A stretch of 50,509 bases of DNA from Chthonomonadaceae bacterium (GTDB taxonomy: Bacteria; Armatimonadota; Chthonomonadetes; Chthonomonadales; Chthonomonadaceae), in contig DASRGZ010000011.1 of the NCBI GenBank assembly GCA_035650735.1, positions 1 through 50,509 on the forward strand, given 5' to 3'. The position numbers and the translations under genes were made by a program. Shown here piece after piece: positions 9,962 to 20,349 of the stretch (position 1 is its first letter; each line of letters opens with the position of its first letter). The notes below the pieces were generated by a model. The model was given only the letters and a program-made list of their open reading frames with translations. It was not told the DNA's origin and made no database searches.

Positions 9962-10692
9962 CTACGCCATTCCCCACTCTTTCAGCACATCTCGCAACGG
10001 CGGCAGGGGATTCTGCCACAGCCACCCCACGCGCAGCCAGAAACCGTTCAGGATACCACTGCGATAGATACCGTCCTCACCGACCGGCACGCGCTGATAG
10101 GTTCCCTGCGGGCCAAGCTGATAGAACTCCGCCTCTTTGCGTTTGGGATCTATTATCCAGTATTCGGACACGCCTCCCCGCTCGTATTCGCGGAACTTCT
10201 CTTCCTTATCTACCTTGCGACTACCCGGACTGATGACCCCTATCACGAGGTCGGCAGGACCATCCAGATAGCCGTCTCTCATACGATGCAGGTTCTCGTT
10301 AGCGACAAAGAGAATATCGGGCGACCGTCCGGGCAGTCCGGCCCCGAGCTTCATGTTGTATGGTTCCTCGCCGATAGCTCCGCACGAGTGAACTTCCACA
10401 AATTCGGAGAGCAGTCGTACTAGTACTCCTTTACTCCTTCAAGGTAGAAAGTTTGTATGGGTAATGAGATAAGCCTAGCATTCCGTCTATCTCAAGGCTA
10501 TGCCAACGTTCTACCTGGATGGACTACTAGGAATCTGCGCACATCCTGATGCTGCTTGGTTACCGGCCTCATGGGGACGACCTCTCCGTTGACCCACTCG
10601 ACGTGCTGGTTTTCGCCCGGCCAATCGAGAAACTCCTCGTAGGTCATCTTGCCCAGAGACGGCGGCGCGATTGATGTTACGGATTGTGCCAT
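9962..10692 (-). pseudogene. Uma2/DUF820 family endonuclease interrupted by a 103-bp insertion
   Basis: N-fragment MTYEEFL..EWVNGEV..HQ and C-fragment PDILFV..DGPADLVIGVISP..EYWIIDP; removing 107 nt restores an in-frame 207-aa ORF (RRFLVRLLSEFVEVH). Confidence 0.9.
10424..10526. mobile_element. Non-autonomous MITE-like hairpin element with CTAG target-site duplication
   Basis: CTAG at 10420-10423 and 10527-10530; imperfect inverted ends TACTCCTTCAAGGTAGAAAGTT / TAGTCCATCCAGGTAGAACGTT; about 43% GC by my count. Confidence 0.8.
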
Positions 10693-10730
10693 CGTATCTT
10701 ACCTTTTCGTCCTACAGTGGCCGCATGCGG

Positions 10731-11669
10731 TCAGGCTTCGGGCGCGGGGCCGCTCTGCGGGCCCATCAGCAGGTAGAGGACGGCCATGCGGACGGCGACG
10801 CCGTTGGTCACCTGCTCCTCAATGGCGCTGCGGATGCCATACGCTCCATCGGCGACCTCCGCCGAGATCTCCACGCCCCGATTCATAGGGCCGGGATGCA
10901 GCACCAGCACATCCGGCCTGGCCGCCTTCAGGCTGTTGACGGAGACTCCGAACAGGCGAGAGTACTCCCGCAGGCTCGGCAGCAGGCCCTTCTCCATGCG
11001 CTCGGTTTGCAGACGCAGGACGTTCACGACGTCGGCCCCTTCCAGCCCCGCGCGTAGGTCGTCATAGATCTGGACGGGCAGCCGGTCGGCGTCAGGAGGC
11101 AGCAGCGTGCGCGGCCCGACCAACCGGACGTTTGCGCCCATCCTGGTCAGCCCCCAGAGGTTGGAGCGGGCTACGCGGCTGTGCAGGATGTCGCCGACGA
11201 TGGCGACCGTCAGGCCGTGGAGAGCGCCCTTGTGCTGGCGGATGGTAAGCATATCGAGCAAGCCCTGCGTCGGGTGCTCATGCCGCCCGTCCCCCGCGTT
11301 CACCACCGGAATATGTAGATGCTCTGCCGCAAACTGCGCTGCGCCGGAGGCGGAATGGCGCATCACAATGCAATCGGCCTTAAGGGATTGGAGCGTAAGC
11401 AGCGTATCCTTCAGGCTCTCGCCCTTCGCCACCGACGACTGCGCCACCGCGATATTGATCGCTTCCGCGCTCATGATCTTGGCGGCCATCTCGAAGGAGG
11501 TGCGCGTGCGCGTGGAGTTCTCATAAAAGAGGGTGATCATCGCGCGCCCGCGCAGCGTCGGTACCTTCTTGACCGGGCGCTCCAGGATCTCCTTGAACGC
11601 CGTCGCCGTATCCAGTATATAGCCGATGTCGGCGGCGGAAGTCTCGCGCAGGGTGAGCAGATGTTTCAT
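10731..11669 (-). CDS. pyrB: Aspartate carbamoyltransferase catalytic subunit
   Basis: FYENSTRTRTSFE, NAGDGRHEHPTQ, HPGPMNRGVEI; start MKHLLTL. Confidence 0.97.
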   Translation of the reverse strand: MKHLLTLRETSAADIGYILDTATAFKEILERPVKKVPTLRGRAMITLFYENSTRTRTSFEMAAKIMSAEAINIAVAQSSVAKGESLKDTLLTLQSLKADCIVMRHSASGAAQFAAEHLHIPVVNAGDGRHEHPTQGLLDMLTIRQHKGALHGLTVAIVGDILHSRVARSNLWGLTRMGANVRLVGPRTLLPPDADRLPVQIYDDLRAGLEGADVVNVLRLQTERMEKGLLPSLREYSRLFGVSVNSLKAARPDVLVLHPGPMNRGVEISAEVADGAYGIRSAIEEQVTNGVAVRMAVLYLLMGPQSGPAPEA

Positions 11670-11688
11670 CAGTGAGCCATTCTCCGAT

Positions 11689-13345
<1,657 letters not shown>

Positions 13346-13437
13346 TCACTCCTGTATAGATACAGATAGGTGCCAACCTGCGTGACGAACCAGGCCATTT
13401 TCCGGCCATACTGCCACGACAGAGTTGCACATATCGC

Positions 13438-13480
13438 CCCGCCCTTTCCAGCCTCACCGGACTCTCTTAAAAGGACGCGC
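13438..13480 (-). promoter_or_regulatory. PyrR-binding RNA element
   Basis: Minus strand CCTTTTAAGAG-AGTCCGGTGAGGCT-GGAAAGGG fits the CUUUAA..ARUCCNGNGAGGYU consensus. Confidence 0.88.
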
Positions 13481-13494
13481 TCTCAATTGTGTGG

Positions 13495-13524
13495 AGTCTA
13501 ACATATACCCGCAGGTTTTGTCAA
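13495..13524 (-). promoter_or_regulatory. Sigma70-type promoter of the pyr leader
   Basis: TTGACA-18nt-TAGACT with extended TGn, just upstream of the PyrR site. Confidence 0.7.
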
Positions 13525-13569
13525 CCCTGAGATTGGGGCTTGCACAGACTCTATCCCGTAAAGTCCTGC

Positions 13570-14631
13570 CTACTGCGCCAGGCCGCGCAGGCGCGGGTAG
13601 CGGGCGAGCATCCGGGAGATCAGCAGGCTGCCTCCCAGGGCCAGCGCGACCTCCAGAAGCAGCAACACCAGCGTTATTCCGGGAGAGATTGCTTGACGGG
13701 CCCACCTTCCCTCGCAGGCTCGTAACGGCGCCAGGATCAGCGGATGCCACAGGTAGATGCCCAGTGAAAGACCGCCGATGTAGGCGACGGCGGCGGGCGG
13801 GCGCACGTTCGCGCCCAGCGCCCAGAAGAACGCTGACACCGCTAGAAGTTCCGTGCCGGGATTATAAAAACTGCGTTCGCGCAGGCCCACACCGTAGAAA
13901 ATGGCCGCCGCGATGCCAAGCAGAAACAGGGCCTTGACCGTCCAGACCGACCAGGAGCGCACGCGCCCCGTCTGCTGCGCCGCCCAGATGCCGGTTACAT
14001 AGTAAGGGAGGCCCATCAGGATATTCCAGAACGCCACAGCGAATGGGCTGGACGCCTGAAAGCGATCAAAGTGCCCGAACGTCAGCGCGAAGAACACGGT
14101 GTAGCCGAGGAGGACAAGGCCAAATCGGGCCGGGGATGCTAGGGCGCGCAGGAAACGGTGCATCAGAGCATACGCTACTATGTTGAGCAGAAACCAGGTA
14201 TGGTAGCAGGCCTGGCCGCTGAGTACCATCGCCGCCAGATGGGTTGGCGCGAGGGGCTTATGCTGAGCCTTTGCTATGGCGAGGGCCAACAGGGTATAGA
14301 CCAGCGACGCCCCGACCAGCGGAGTCAGGTACCGCTTCCAGCGAGCGGCCCGTTGCGGCCCGCGCTCCAGCAGGCGCCTCTCGATGAGAAAGGCCGACAT
14401 CATGAAGAACACGGGGACGCAGAAGCGCAGGCAGGCCGCAAACGCATAGTAGCACGCCGCTTCGGCGGTCATCTGCGGGAAGTAGTTGTTCTTGCGCAAG
14501 GCCACATCGCTGACATGGATGCAGACGACGGCCAGAATCGCCCAGAAGCGCAGCCAGTCGAACCCGTGCAGCCTGGTGCTGGAAGCGGAGGCTACGACAG
14601 CCTCTGCCCTGCCTACCGTGATTTGCGTCAC
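13570..14631 (-). CDS. Acyltransferase family 3 (OafA-like) membrane protein
   Basis: RLHGFDWLRFWAILAVVCIH, VPVFFMMS, YHTWFL, SLGIYLWHPL; GTG start after AGGAGG (start uncertain). Confidence 0.85.
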   Translation of the reverse strand: MTQITVGRAEAVVASASSTRLHGFDWLRFWAILAVVCIHVSDVALRKNNYFPQMTAEAACYYAFAACLRFCVPVFFMMSAFLIERRLLERGPQRAARWKRYLTPLVGASLVYTLLALAIAKAQHKPLAPTHLAAMVLSGQACYHTWFLLNIVAYALMHRFLRALASPARFGLVLLGYTVFFALTFGHFDRFQASSPFAVAFWNILMGLPYYVTGIWAAQQTGRVRSWSVWTVKALFLLGIAAAIFYGVGLRERSFYNPGTELLAVSAFFWALGANVRPPAAVAYIGGLSLGIYLWHPLILAPLRACEGRWARQAISPGITLVLLLLEVALALGGSLLISRMLARYPRLRGLAQ

Positions 14632-14861
14632 CGGATGCCATGCCTCCTGAAAAAGATGCGAGCGCCAAAACCCCCTGCTCTCTCTTTTCTTCGACACGGA
14701 GCGTCCTGTTCCTGTAAAAAATGCAGTCCAACCTCGTCTTTGTTCGAGGTAATAAAGGCGCAACGAGTTCCTAGTCTAACCTACGATTTTTCTAGACGGG
14801 GCTAAGTTGTTTTGAACAATTCCCTGGCTTCTCCGATTCTAGGTTCAGAAGGGAGGAACCG

Positions 14862-15470
14862 GTGTCCCATCAGGCCGAACAGGAGCTTTTTCTTCGGGCA
14901 CGGGCGGGAGACCGCCTCGCCTTCGACCGCCTGCAAACGATGCTGGAAGCGCCGATACATCGCTTCGTGTTTCGCCTGATCGGGCGCAGTGAATCAGAGG
15001 CCGACATCGTACGCAACGTTCTGCTCGCCCTCTATATGAACCTGGAACGCATCCATTCGGTCGAGAGTCTGCGTCCCTTCATTTTTCGCATTGCCCGCAA
15101 TCTTTGCTATAACGAGATGCGGCGGAAAGGACGTTTTCAGACGGTCTCACTGGATGTTGAATCCGGCGAGATAGGGACACTCCTCGCAGCGGTGAAAGAT
15201 AGGCGTCCCTCACCGGAGGACCGAGCCCAATGGACCCTGCTCTATGCCGAGATACAACGGGCCATAGACCGCCTGCCGGAATTGCAGCGGCAGGCGCTTA
15301 TCCTCTACTGCGAAGAAGACCTCTCCTATGCCCAGATCGCCGAAGTGATGGCGGCGGACGTCGGAACGGTCAAATCTAGAATTTACTATGCCCGCAAGAA
15401 CCTGGAGAGGCTGCTGCATCCGGAAACGCTCGAAGCACTCAATCTTAACAAGGAGAACAACCATGGCTGA
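14862..15470 (+). CDS. ECF-type RNA polymerase sigma factor
   Basis: Region 2 GDRLAF..FIFRIARNLCYN; region 4 LPELQRQAL..LSYAQIAEVM..GTVKSRI; GGGAGG RBS. Confidence 0.9.
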   Translation: MSHQAEQELFLRARAGDRLAFDRLQTMLEAPIHRFVFRLIGRSESEADIVRNVLLALYMNLERIHSVESLRPFIFRIARNLCYNEMRRKGRFQTVSLDVESGEIGTLLAAVKDRRPSPEDRAQWTLLYAEIQRAIDRLPELQRQALILYCEEDLSYAQIAEVMAADVGTVKSRIYYARKNLERLLHPETLEALNLNKENNHG

Positions 15471-15918
15471 CGACACGCTACGCGCTTTGATTCGGCTCAT
15501 CCCGCCGGTACGCGCTCTCAAAGAGGATTTGGAAAAGAGCATCCATCTGGAACTCTATTCGGGAACCGGCGACCTGGCCGTGCGCAGCTTTAATGGGCTG
15601 CAAGCCAGTGTTGCCTCGGCTGCCGCCAACGACCCTTACGTGCAGACGCTGTCCCTGCAAGTCCCGGCCAATGCATCGGACAAGGAGAAAGTCTCGCTGG
15701 CACTGCTGGCTGCCGGGCAGCTTGCCGCCTACCTGGAGGGCCAGACAGGGCTGGTCAGCCTGGGCGGAGGGGGCGGCAGCAGCTATCAGACAGCGCCTAC
15801 TGTCGCCATTAACAGTATCAACGGCGTTCCGGCAGAGACGATTGATAAGATCGTCTCCATCGGCGCGGCGGCAATGGAGGGCAAGGGGACTCCGGGAGCG
15901 CAGGAAGAACAGAAGTAG
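15463..15918 (+). CDS. Hypothetical protein (151 aa) overlapping the ECF sigma gene
   Basis: AAGGAG RBS; ATG overlaps the end of the sigma gene; no family recognised. Confidence 0.75.
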   Translation: MADDTLRALIRLIPPVRALKEDLEKSIHLELYSGTGDLAVRSFNGLQASVASAAANDPYVQTLSLQVPANASDKEKVSLALLAAGQLAAYLEGQTGLVSLGGGGGSSYQTAPTVAINSINGVPAETIDKIVSIGAAAMEGKGTPGAQEEQK

Positions 15919-15994
15919 CCGCGTAAAGCCCAAAGCAGAGTGAATGCCTGGCAAGGATTGTCCATGCGCAGGAAGAACAGAAGTAGCCGCGTAA
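15898..15994 (+). repeat. Perfect 29-bp direct repeat separated by 39 nt
   Basis: GCGCAGGAAGAACAGAAGTAGCCGCGTAA at 15898-15926 and 15966-15994. Confidence 0.9.
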
Positions 15995-16003
15995 GGAGAA
16001 AAA

Positions 16004-16132
16004 TAGACAGGATTAACGGGATTTACAGGATTACAGAGAGATAGAGAAGCCTTGTTGACAACCCCGCCTTAAGTGCGCCTCGCAGAGAGAGCTGTGTGGT
16101 GGAAATCCGGTTAATCCCGTTAATCCTGTCTA
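16004..16132. repeat. Family B long palindrome
   Basis: TAGACAGGATTAACGGGATTTACAGGATT ... AATCCGGTTAATCCCGTTAATCCTGTCTA inverted arms. Confidence 0.85.
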
Positions 16133-16186
16133 AAAATCTTGTCTGCTCTCTGTCTTTGTTTTTCCTCATCTGTCTCCGTCCCTCTA

Positions 16187-16215
16187 TTGACGCCGACTCG
16201 TGTTCACGCTATAAT
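16187..16215 (+). promoter_or_regulatory. Sigma70-type promoter for the HerA-like gene
   Basis: TTGACG-17nt-TATAAT. Confidence 0.8.
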
Positions 16216-16250
16216 GTGCGCGAGACGAACACAGAGTTCAGGAGACGTAC

Positions 16251-17966
16251 TTGGGCGAGCGTAACGGGCATAACGGGCATCATGAGGGCGAAAGCCAACC
16301 GGAAGAGCTGGGCGTTATCGTGCGCGGGTCGCTGACCGAAGGGCTGGAGATGCGCCTGGCCGAAGGGAAGAGCGTCGAAGACCTGCGCGCGGGCAAGTTC
16401 GTCGTCGTACAGGGCGAGCGCAGCCAGTTTTTCGCCCTGCTCAGCGACGTGCAGCTCAGCGCCACCCATCCCCACTTCCTGCTCAACCCGCCGCGCCGTG
16501 AGGATGTTCTCAGCCGCGCCGTGCTTGCCGGCACCAGCACGTTCGGTACGGTCAAGCTGCGGCCCATGCTCATGGTCTCCCACGCCGCCCGCCCCGACGA
16601 CGAGGCCAGCCTCCAGCCCGTCAAGACCATCCCCGCCCACTTCAGCCCCGTCTACGAGGCCACGCGCGAGGACGTGGGCCGGGTCTTTGGCGACGAGCGC
16701 GGCGGCCCGAAGTTCTTCTACGTCGGGCAGCCCCTCGATATGGATACGCCCGTCTGCCTCAACCTCGACCGCTGGGTGGAGCGTTCCAACGCCATCTTCG
16801 GCAAGTCCGGCACCGGCAAGACCTTCCTCACCCGCCTCTGCCTGTGCGGGGTCATCAAGGCGGAGAAAGCCGTCAACCTCATCTTCGACATGCACAGCGA
16901 GTACGGCTGGCAGGGCACCTCCGAGATAGAGGGGCGTCCGTCGGTGCGCGGCCTCAAGCAGTACTTCCGCAACAAGGTTCAGATTTTCACGCTGGACCCG
17001 CACTCCTCGCGCCGCCGCAAGGTGCAGGCGGATTTTGAAGTTAAAATTCCCTACAGCCAGGTCACGGTGGACGATATCCTCCTGCTCCAACGCGAGTTGA
17101 ACTTGAACGCCACCGCCGTCGAGACGTGTTACCTGCTCGTGCGCAAGTTCGGGGAAGAGACCTGGCTGCAGCGCTTCCTGGAGATGGAGATGGCCGACAT
17201 CCAGGAGTTCGTCGGGGAGAACAACGCGCATCAGGGCGCGCTCTCAGCGCTCCAGCGCAAATTGCAGCGGCTCGTCGAAGATTGCAAGGACTTCCTTGTG
17301 CCCGGCGTGCCGGGCAACGACGACGCGGTGCAGCATATCCTGGACACGCTCCAGAGCGGGCGCAACGTCGTCCTGGAGTTTGGCCAGCACGACCGGCCCG
17401 TGCAGTACATGCTGGTCGCCAACATCCTGACGCGCCGCCTGCACCACATCTACGTGGAGATGACCGAGCGGGCGATGGGCGACGACGCGCCCAAGCCGCG
17501 TCCCCTAGTCATCACCATCGAGGAGGCGCATAAGTTCCTATCGCCTCACCTGGCCGGGCAGACCATCTTCGGCACCATTGCCCGCGAGATGCGCAAGTAC
17601 AACGTCACGCTGCTCATCGTGGATCAACGCCCCAGCGGCATTGATGATGAGGTGCTCTCGCAGGTCGGCACGAAAATCTGCTGCCTGCTCGACGATGAGA
17701 AGGACATGGACGCCGTGCTGACGGGCGTGAGCGGCGCCAATAGCCTGCGCAACGTGCTGGCGAGCCTGGAGACCAAGCAGCAGGCGCTCATCTTCGGCCA
17801 TGCCGTGCCCATGCCGGTCGTCGTGCGCACCCGCCAGTACGATGACGAGGCTTTCAAGCAGGCCATGCTCGGCGAGCAGGCTGCTGCTGAATTGGATGAC
17901 ACGCCGGAAGCCCGCGCCGCCCGCCGTGCCCGCCTGACCCGCGACCGCGACCGGGACTTCGCTTGA
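16251..17966 (+). CDS. HerA/FtsK-family ATPase (DUF87) with HAS-barrel-like N-terminus
   Basis: Walker A GKSGTGKT, IFDMHSEYG, Walker B VITIEEAH, IAREMRKY, DQRPS; TTG start after AGGAG. Confidence 0.88.
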   Translation: MGERNGHNGHHEGESQPEELGVIVRGSLTEGLEMRLAEGKSVEDLRAGKFVVVQGERSQFFALLSDVQLSATHPHFLLNPPRREDVLSRAVLAGTSTFGTVKLRPMLMVSHAARPDDEASLQPVKTIPAHFSPVYEATREDVGRVFGDERGGPKFFYVGQPLDMDTPVCLNLDRWVERSNAIFGKSGTGKTFLTRLCLCGVIKAEKAVNLIFDMHSEYGWQGTSEIEGRPSVRGLKQYFRNKVQIFTLDPHSSRRRKVQADFEVKIPYSQVTVDDILLLQRELNLNATAVETCYLLVRKFGEETWLQRFLEMEMADIQEFVGENNAHQGALSALQRKLQRLVEDCKDFLVPGVPGNDDAVQHILDTLQSGRNVVLEFGQHDRPVQYMLVANILTRRLHHIYVEMTERAMGDDAPKPRPLVITIEEAHKFLSPHLAGQTIFGTIAREMRKYNVTLLIVDQRPSGIDDEVLSQVGTKICCLLDDEKDMDAVLTGVSGANSLRNVLASLETKQQALIFGHAVPMPVVVRTRQYDDEAFKQAMLGEQAAAELDDTPEARAARRARLTRDRDRDFA

Positions 17967-17972
17967 TCTTTA

Positions 17973-18142
17973 AATCCACCGATTACACCGATTGACACAG
18001 ATTAAGCTAAAAACCTAAACACGGATGGGACGGATCGGACGGATAACACAGATTAAAGCCTCTTATCCGTTTGATCCGTGTCATCCGTCTAATCGGTGTT
18101 TCTCTGTCTTTAATCTGTGGTAATCGGGGTAATCGGTGGATT
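17973..18142. repeat. Family B nested long palindrome (about 170 bp)
   Basis: AATCCACCGATTACACCGATT...ACGGAT x3 / ATCCGT x3...AATCGGTGGATT. Confidence 0.85.
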
Positions 18143-18169
18143 CTATCAACTTTATTGACAGGTGGAGAC

Positions 18170-20065
18170 TTGATTTTTCTGGCATCTCAGTATTGCCGAA
18201 GGGCGTTTGTAGCCGCGCAGACACTCGGCCTTGCCGCCGGATTGAGCAGCGCCTTGCCTTTAGCCGTTCGCGCCGAGAGCGCCGCCTCCCCCTTCCTCAA
18301 CCGCAGCGCCCAACCTTCCGAGAAAAAAGAGAGTCCGTCGCAGACACAGCCGACGGACGCCCAGAACCCGCCCGCCGCGCCGGAGAATAACGAGGAAAGC
18401 ATCCTCGTGCCGTTTCCCGAAGAGGAATCCACCGAGACGCCGCCCGCCCCACGCCTGCAGCGCCCCCCTGGAGCGCCGCCTCCGCCCGGACGCATCGAGG
18501 TCCGCAAATTTCGCCAGCTACGGTGGTCGCCGGGCGGGCGCCACTTCCGTTCCCAGGGCAGCGTCCAGATTTTCTACCGCGACCCGACGAACCCGCAGGA
18601 CAAGGGCACGACCCTGACTGCCAGCGACGTGGAGGCCGACGCCGACACCGGGCAGGTGGAGGCCCGTGGCGGCGCGCGGCTGGAGCGCACGGAAGGCGTC
18701 ATCACCGGCGATCAGATCCAGTACAACTTTTATAGCCACGTCGGATACATCACCAACGCCGTCGCCGAAACCGCCTACTTCCGCATGCGCGGCAAGCGCA
18801 TTGCCACTCAGGCCGATGGCTCCTATGTGGTTGAGGAGGGCGTCTTTACGACCTGCATCCGGGCCCATCCGGACTATCAGATCCGCGCCCGGCGGCTGAC
18901 CATCTCGCCCAACCGCTATGTCGCGGCGCGCAATATCACCTTCTATGCCGGCCCTACGCCGCTCATCTCCCTGCCCTCGCTGCGGCGCGACCTGGCCCGG
19001 CAGGAGCATGCTCCGGTGCCGACGCCCGGCTACAGCAAGAGCGAGGGCGTCACGCTGCGCCTCCACGATACTCCTATCGTCCAGCCGCACCAGACCCTGG
19101 ACTACGAGATACGCGCCAACCTCCGCCGGCTGCCGTCGGGATTCCTTCTCTATCAATCGGATTTGACGCGCGATGTCCGTACCGCGCTGCCTCCGACGGG
19201 CCTGCTCCCCACGCTGCAAGATCCCTTGCGCGGCTACCTGGAGCAATTGAGCCCGCAGACCTACCAGGAATATCCCGCCAGCCAGTACCAGGAGACGTTG
19301 GAGCCGCGCGCCACGTTTTTCGCCACACTCCAGGCCAAACAGCCCGTCTACAACCGCGTCCGCACCGATCTGTTAGTCTCACGCTTCCCGGAGGTCGGCG
19401 TGCGGTTCACCAACATTTTGGGCCGCCGGCAGCCCCCGCCGCCGACAGGCTTTGCCGGCGAAGCGCAGACGCCCGCTTCGCCTCCGGCCGAAAGCCCGGC
19501 GGTCGCCCTGCTGCGCGTCCCCGGAGCGCCGTTCCTGCTGGATGTGACCGCCTCCCTCGGCGAGTTGCACGAAACGCCCACCGGCATCACCAACGGGCGC
19601 TTCTCTCTCCGCGCCGACGCCGCCACGCAGCCGATGCGCCTGGGCCGGAATCTCGTCTGGCGCGCGGGCCTGACCAACTGGTTTAACCTCTACGGGCGCG
19701 GCTCCGCCTACGACCTGCTCTCGCCCGAAGTGGAACTGGACTATCTCCCGTCGCGCACCACCCTCCTCGGCCTCGCCTATCGCTATGCGCTGGATGCAGG
19801 CAGCACGCCCTTTGCTTTCGACCGGCTGGACGTGCGGCAGGAGCTGCGCCTGCGCGCCCAGGCAGGCAGTCTGTGGGCGTTCGGCATCCAGACCAAATAC
19901 GACCTGGAGCGCGCTCGCGCTTATGATACGGAACTGGCGCTCGTCCGTAACTTCGACTGTATGCAGATCGGCGTCGCCTACCGCTTCCGTTCGCAATCGC
20001 TGAGCATCATCTTTAACCTTCTGCCCGCCACGCCCCACCGGGAGCGTCCCCTGCTAAGCCAATGA
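18170..20065 (+). CDS. LptD/OstA-like outer-membrane assembly protein
   Basis: Signal-like N-terminus, Pro-rich linker, beta-jellyroll-like region with FTTC..PDYQIRA, C-terminal beta-strand pattern with RNFDC; TTG start after GGAG (start uncertain). Confidence 0.65.
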   Translation: MIFLASQYCRRAFVAAQTLGLAAGLSSALPLAVRAESAASPFLNRSAQPSEKKESPSQTQPTDAQNPPAAPENNEESILVPFPEEESTETPPAPRLQRPPGAPPPPGRIEVRKFRQLRWSPGGRHFRSQGSVQIFYRDPTNPQDKGTTLTASDVEADADTGQVEARGGARLERTEGVITGDQIQYNFYSHVGYITNAVAETAYFRMRGKRIATQADGSYVVEEGVFTTCIRAHPDYQIRARRLTISPNRYVAARNITFYAGPTPLISLPSLRRDLARQEHAPVPTPGYSKSEGVTLRLHDTPIVQPHQTLDYEIRANLRRLPSGFLLYQSDLTRDVRTALPPTGLLPTLQDPLRGYLEQLSPQTYQEYPASQYQETLEPRATFFATLQAKQPVYNRVRTDLLVSRFPEVGVRFTNILGRRQPPPPTGFAGEAQTPASPPAESPAVALLRVPGAPFLLDVTASLGELHETPTGITNGRFSLRADAATQPMRLGRNLVWRAGLTNWFNLYGRGSAYDLLSPEVELDYLPSRTTLLGLAYRYALDAGSTPFAFDRLDVRQELRLRAQAGSLWAFGIQTKYDLERARAYDTELALVRNFDCMQIGVAYRFRSQSLSIIFNLLPATPHRERPLLSQ

Positions 20066-20076
20066 AGCTGCTGCAA

Positions 20077-20349
20077 GCCCTCACCCCCTAACCCCCTACT
20101 GCCAGGGTCGAGCCTCAACGGACTGCAAGGGTCGGGGCTACCATGGTTCGCCTCACTGCAAGGGTCAGCAAGGTTACGGCCCTTGCCTCCGCCTTGCGAC
20201 ACCTTGCGACACGGCTTTGCCTTGCGACAGCCCTCCGCCTTGCGATCCACGCTGCGGGAGAGGGGGAACGGTCAAGTTGGGTCAACCCCCTTCCCGTAGG
20301 GAAGGGGGCCGGGGGTTAGGTCAAGAAGGGACAGGGGACAAGGGGCAGG
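20077..20349. repeat. REP-like composite (family A) with multiply nested 45-nt cassettes, between convergent genes
   Basis: Three ACTGCMAGGGTC ends (20098, 20122, 20155) and four CCTTGCGA ends (20192, 20202, 20220, 20238) inside a CCCTCTCCCGCAGCGTGG hairpin. Confidence 0.85.

Noticed and set aside
10424..10526. Integron attC site
   Set aside because: It is a hairpin but lacks terminal RYYYAAC/GTTRRRY boxes, and it has a target duplication inside a gene.
14813..14841. Autoregulatory ECF promoter (TGAAC...TCTA)
   Set aside because: Motif too short and spacing ambiguous to support.
15898..15994. CRISPR array
   Set aside because: Only two repeats, the repeat is coding sequence, and there are no cas genes or leader in the window; kept only as a duplication finding.
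16251..17966. HerA-based anti-phage system (Sir2-HerA type)
   Set aside because: No adjacent Sir2 or nuclease effector, and the neighbourhood is housekeeping.
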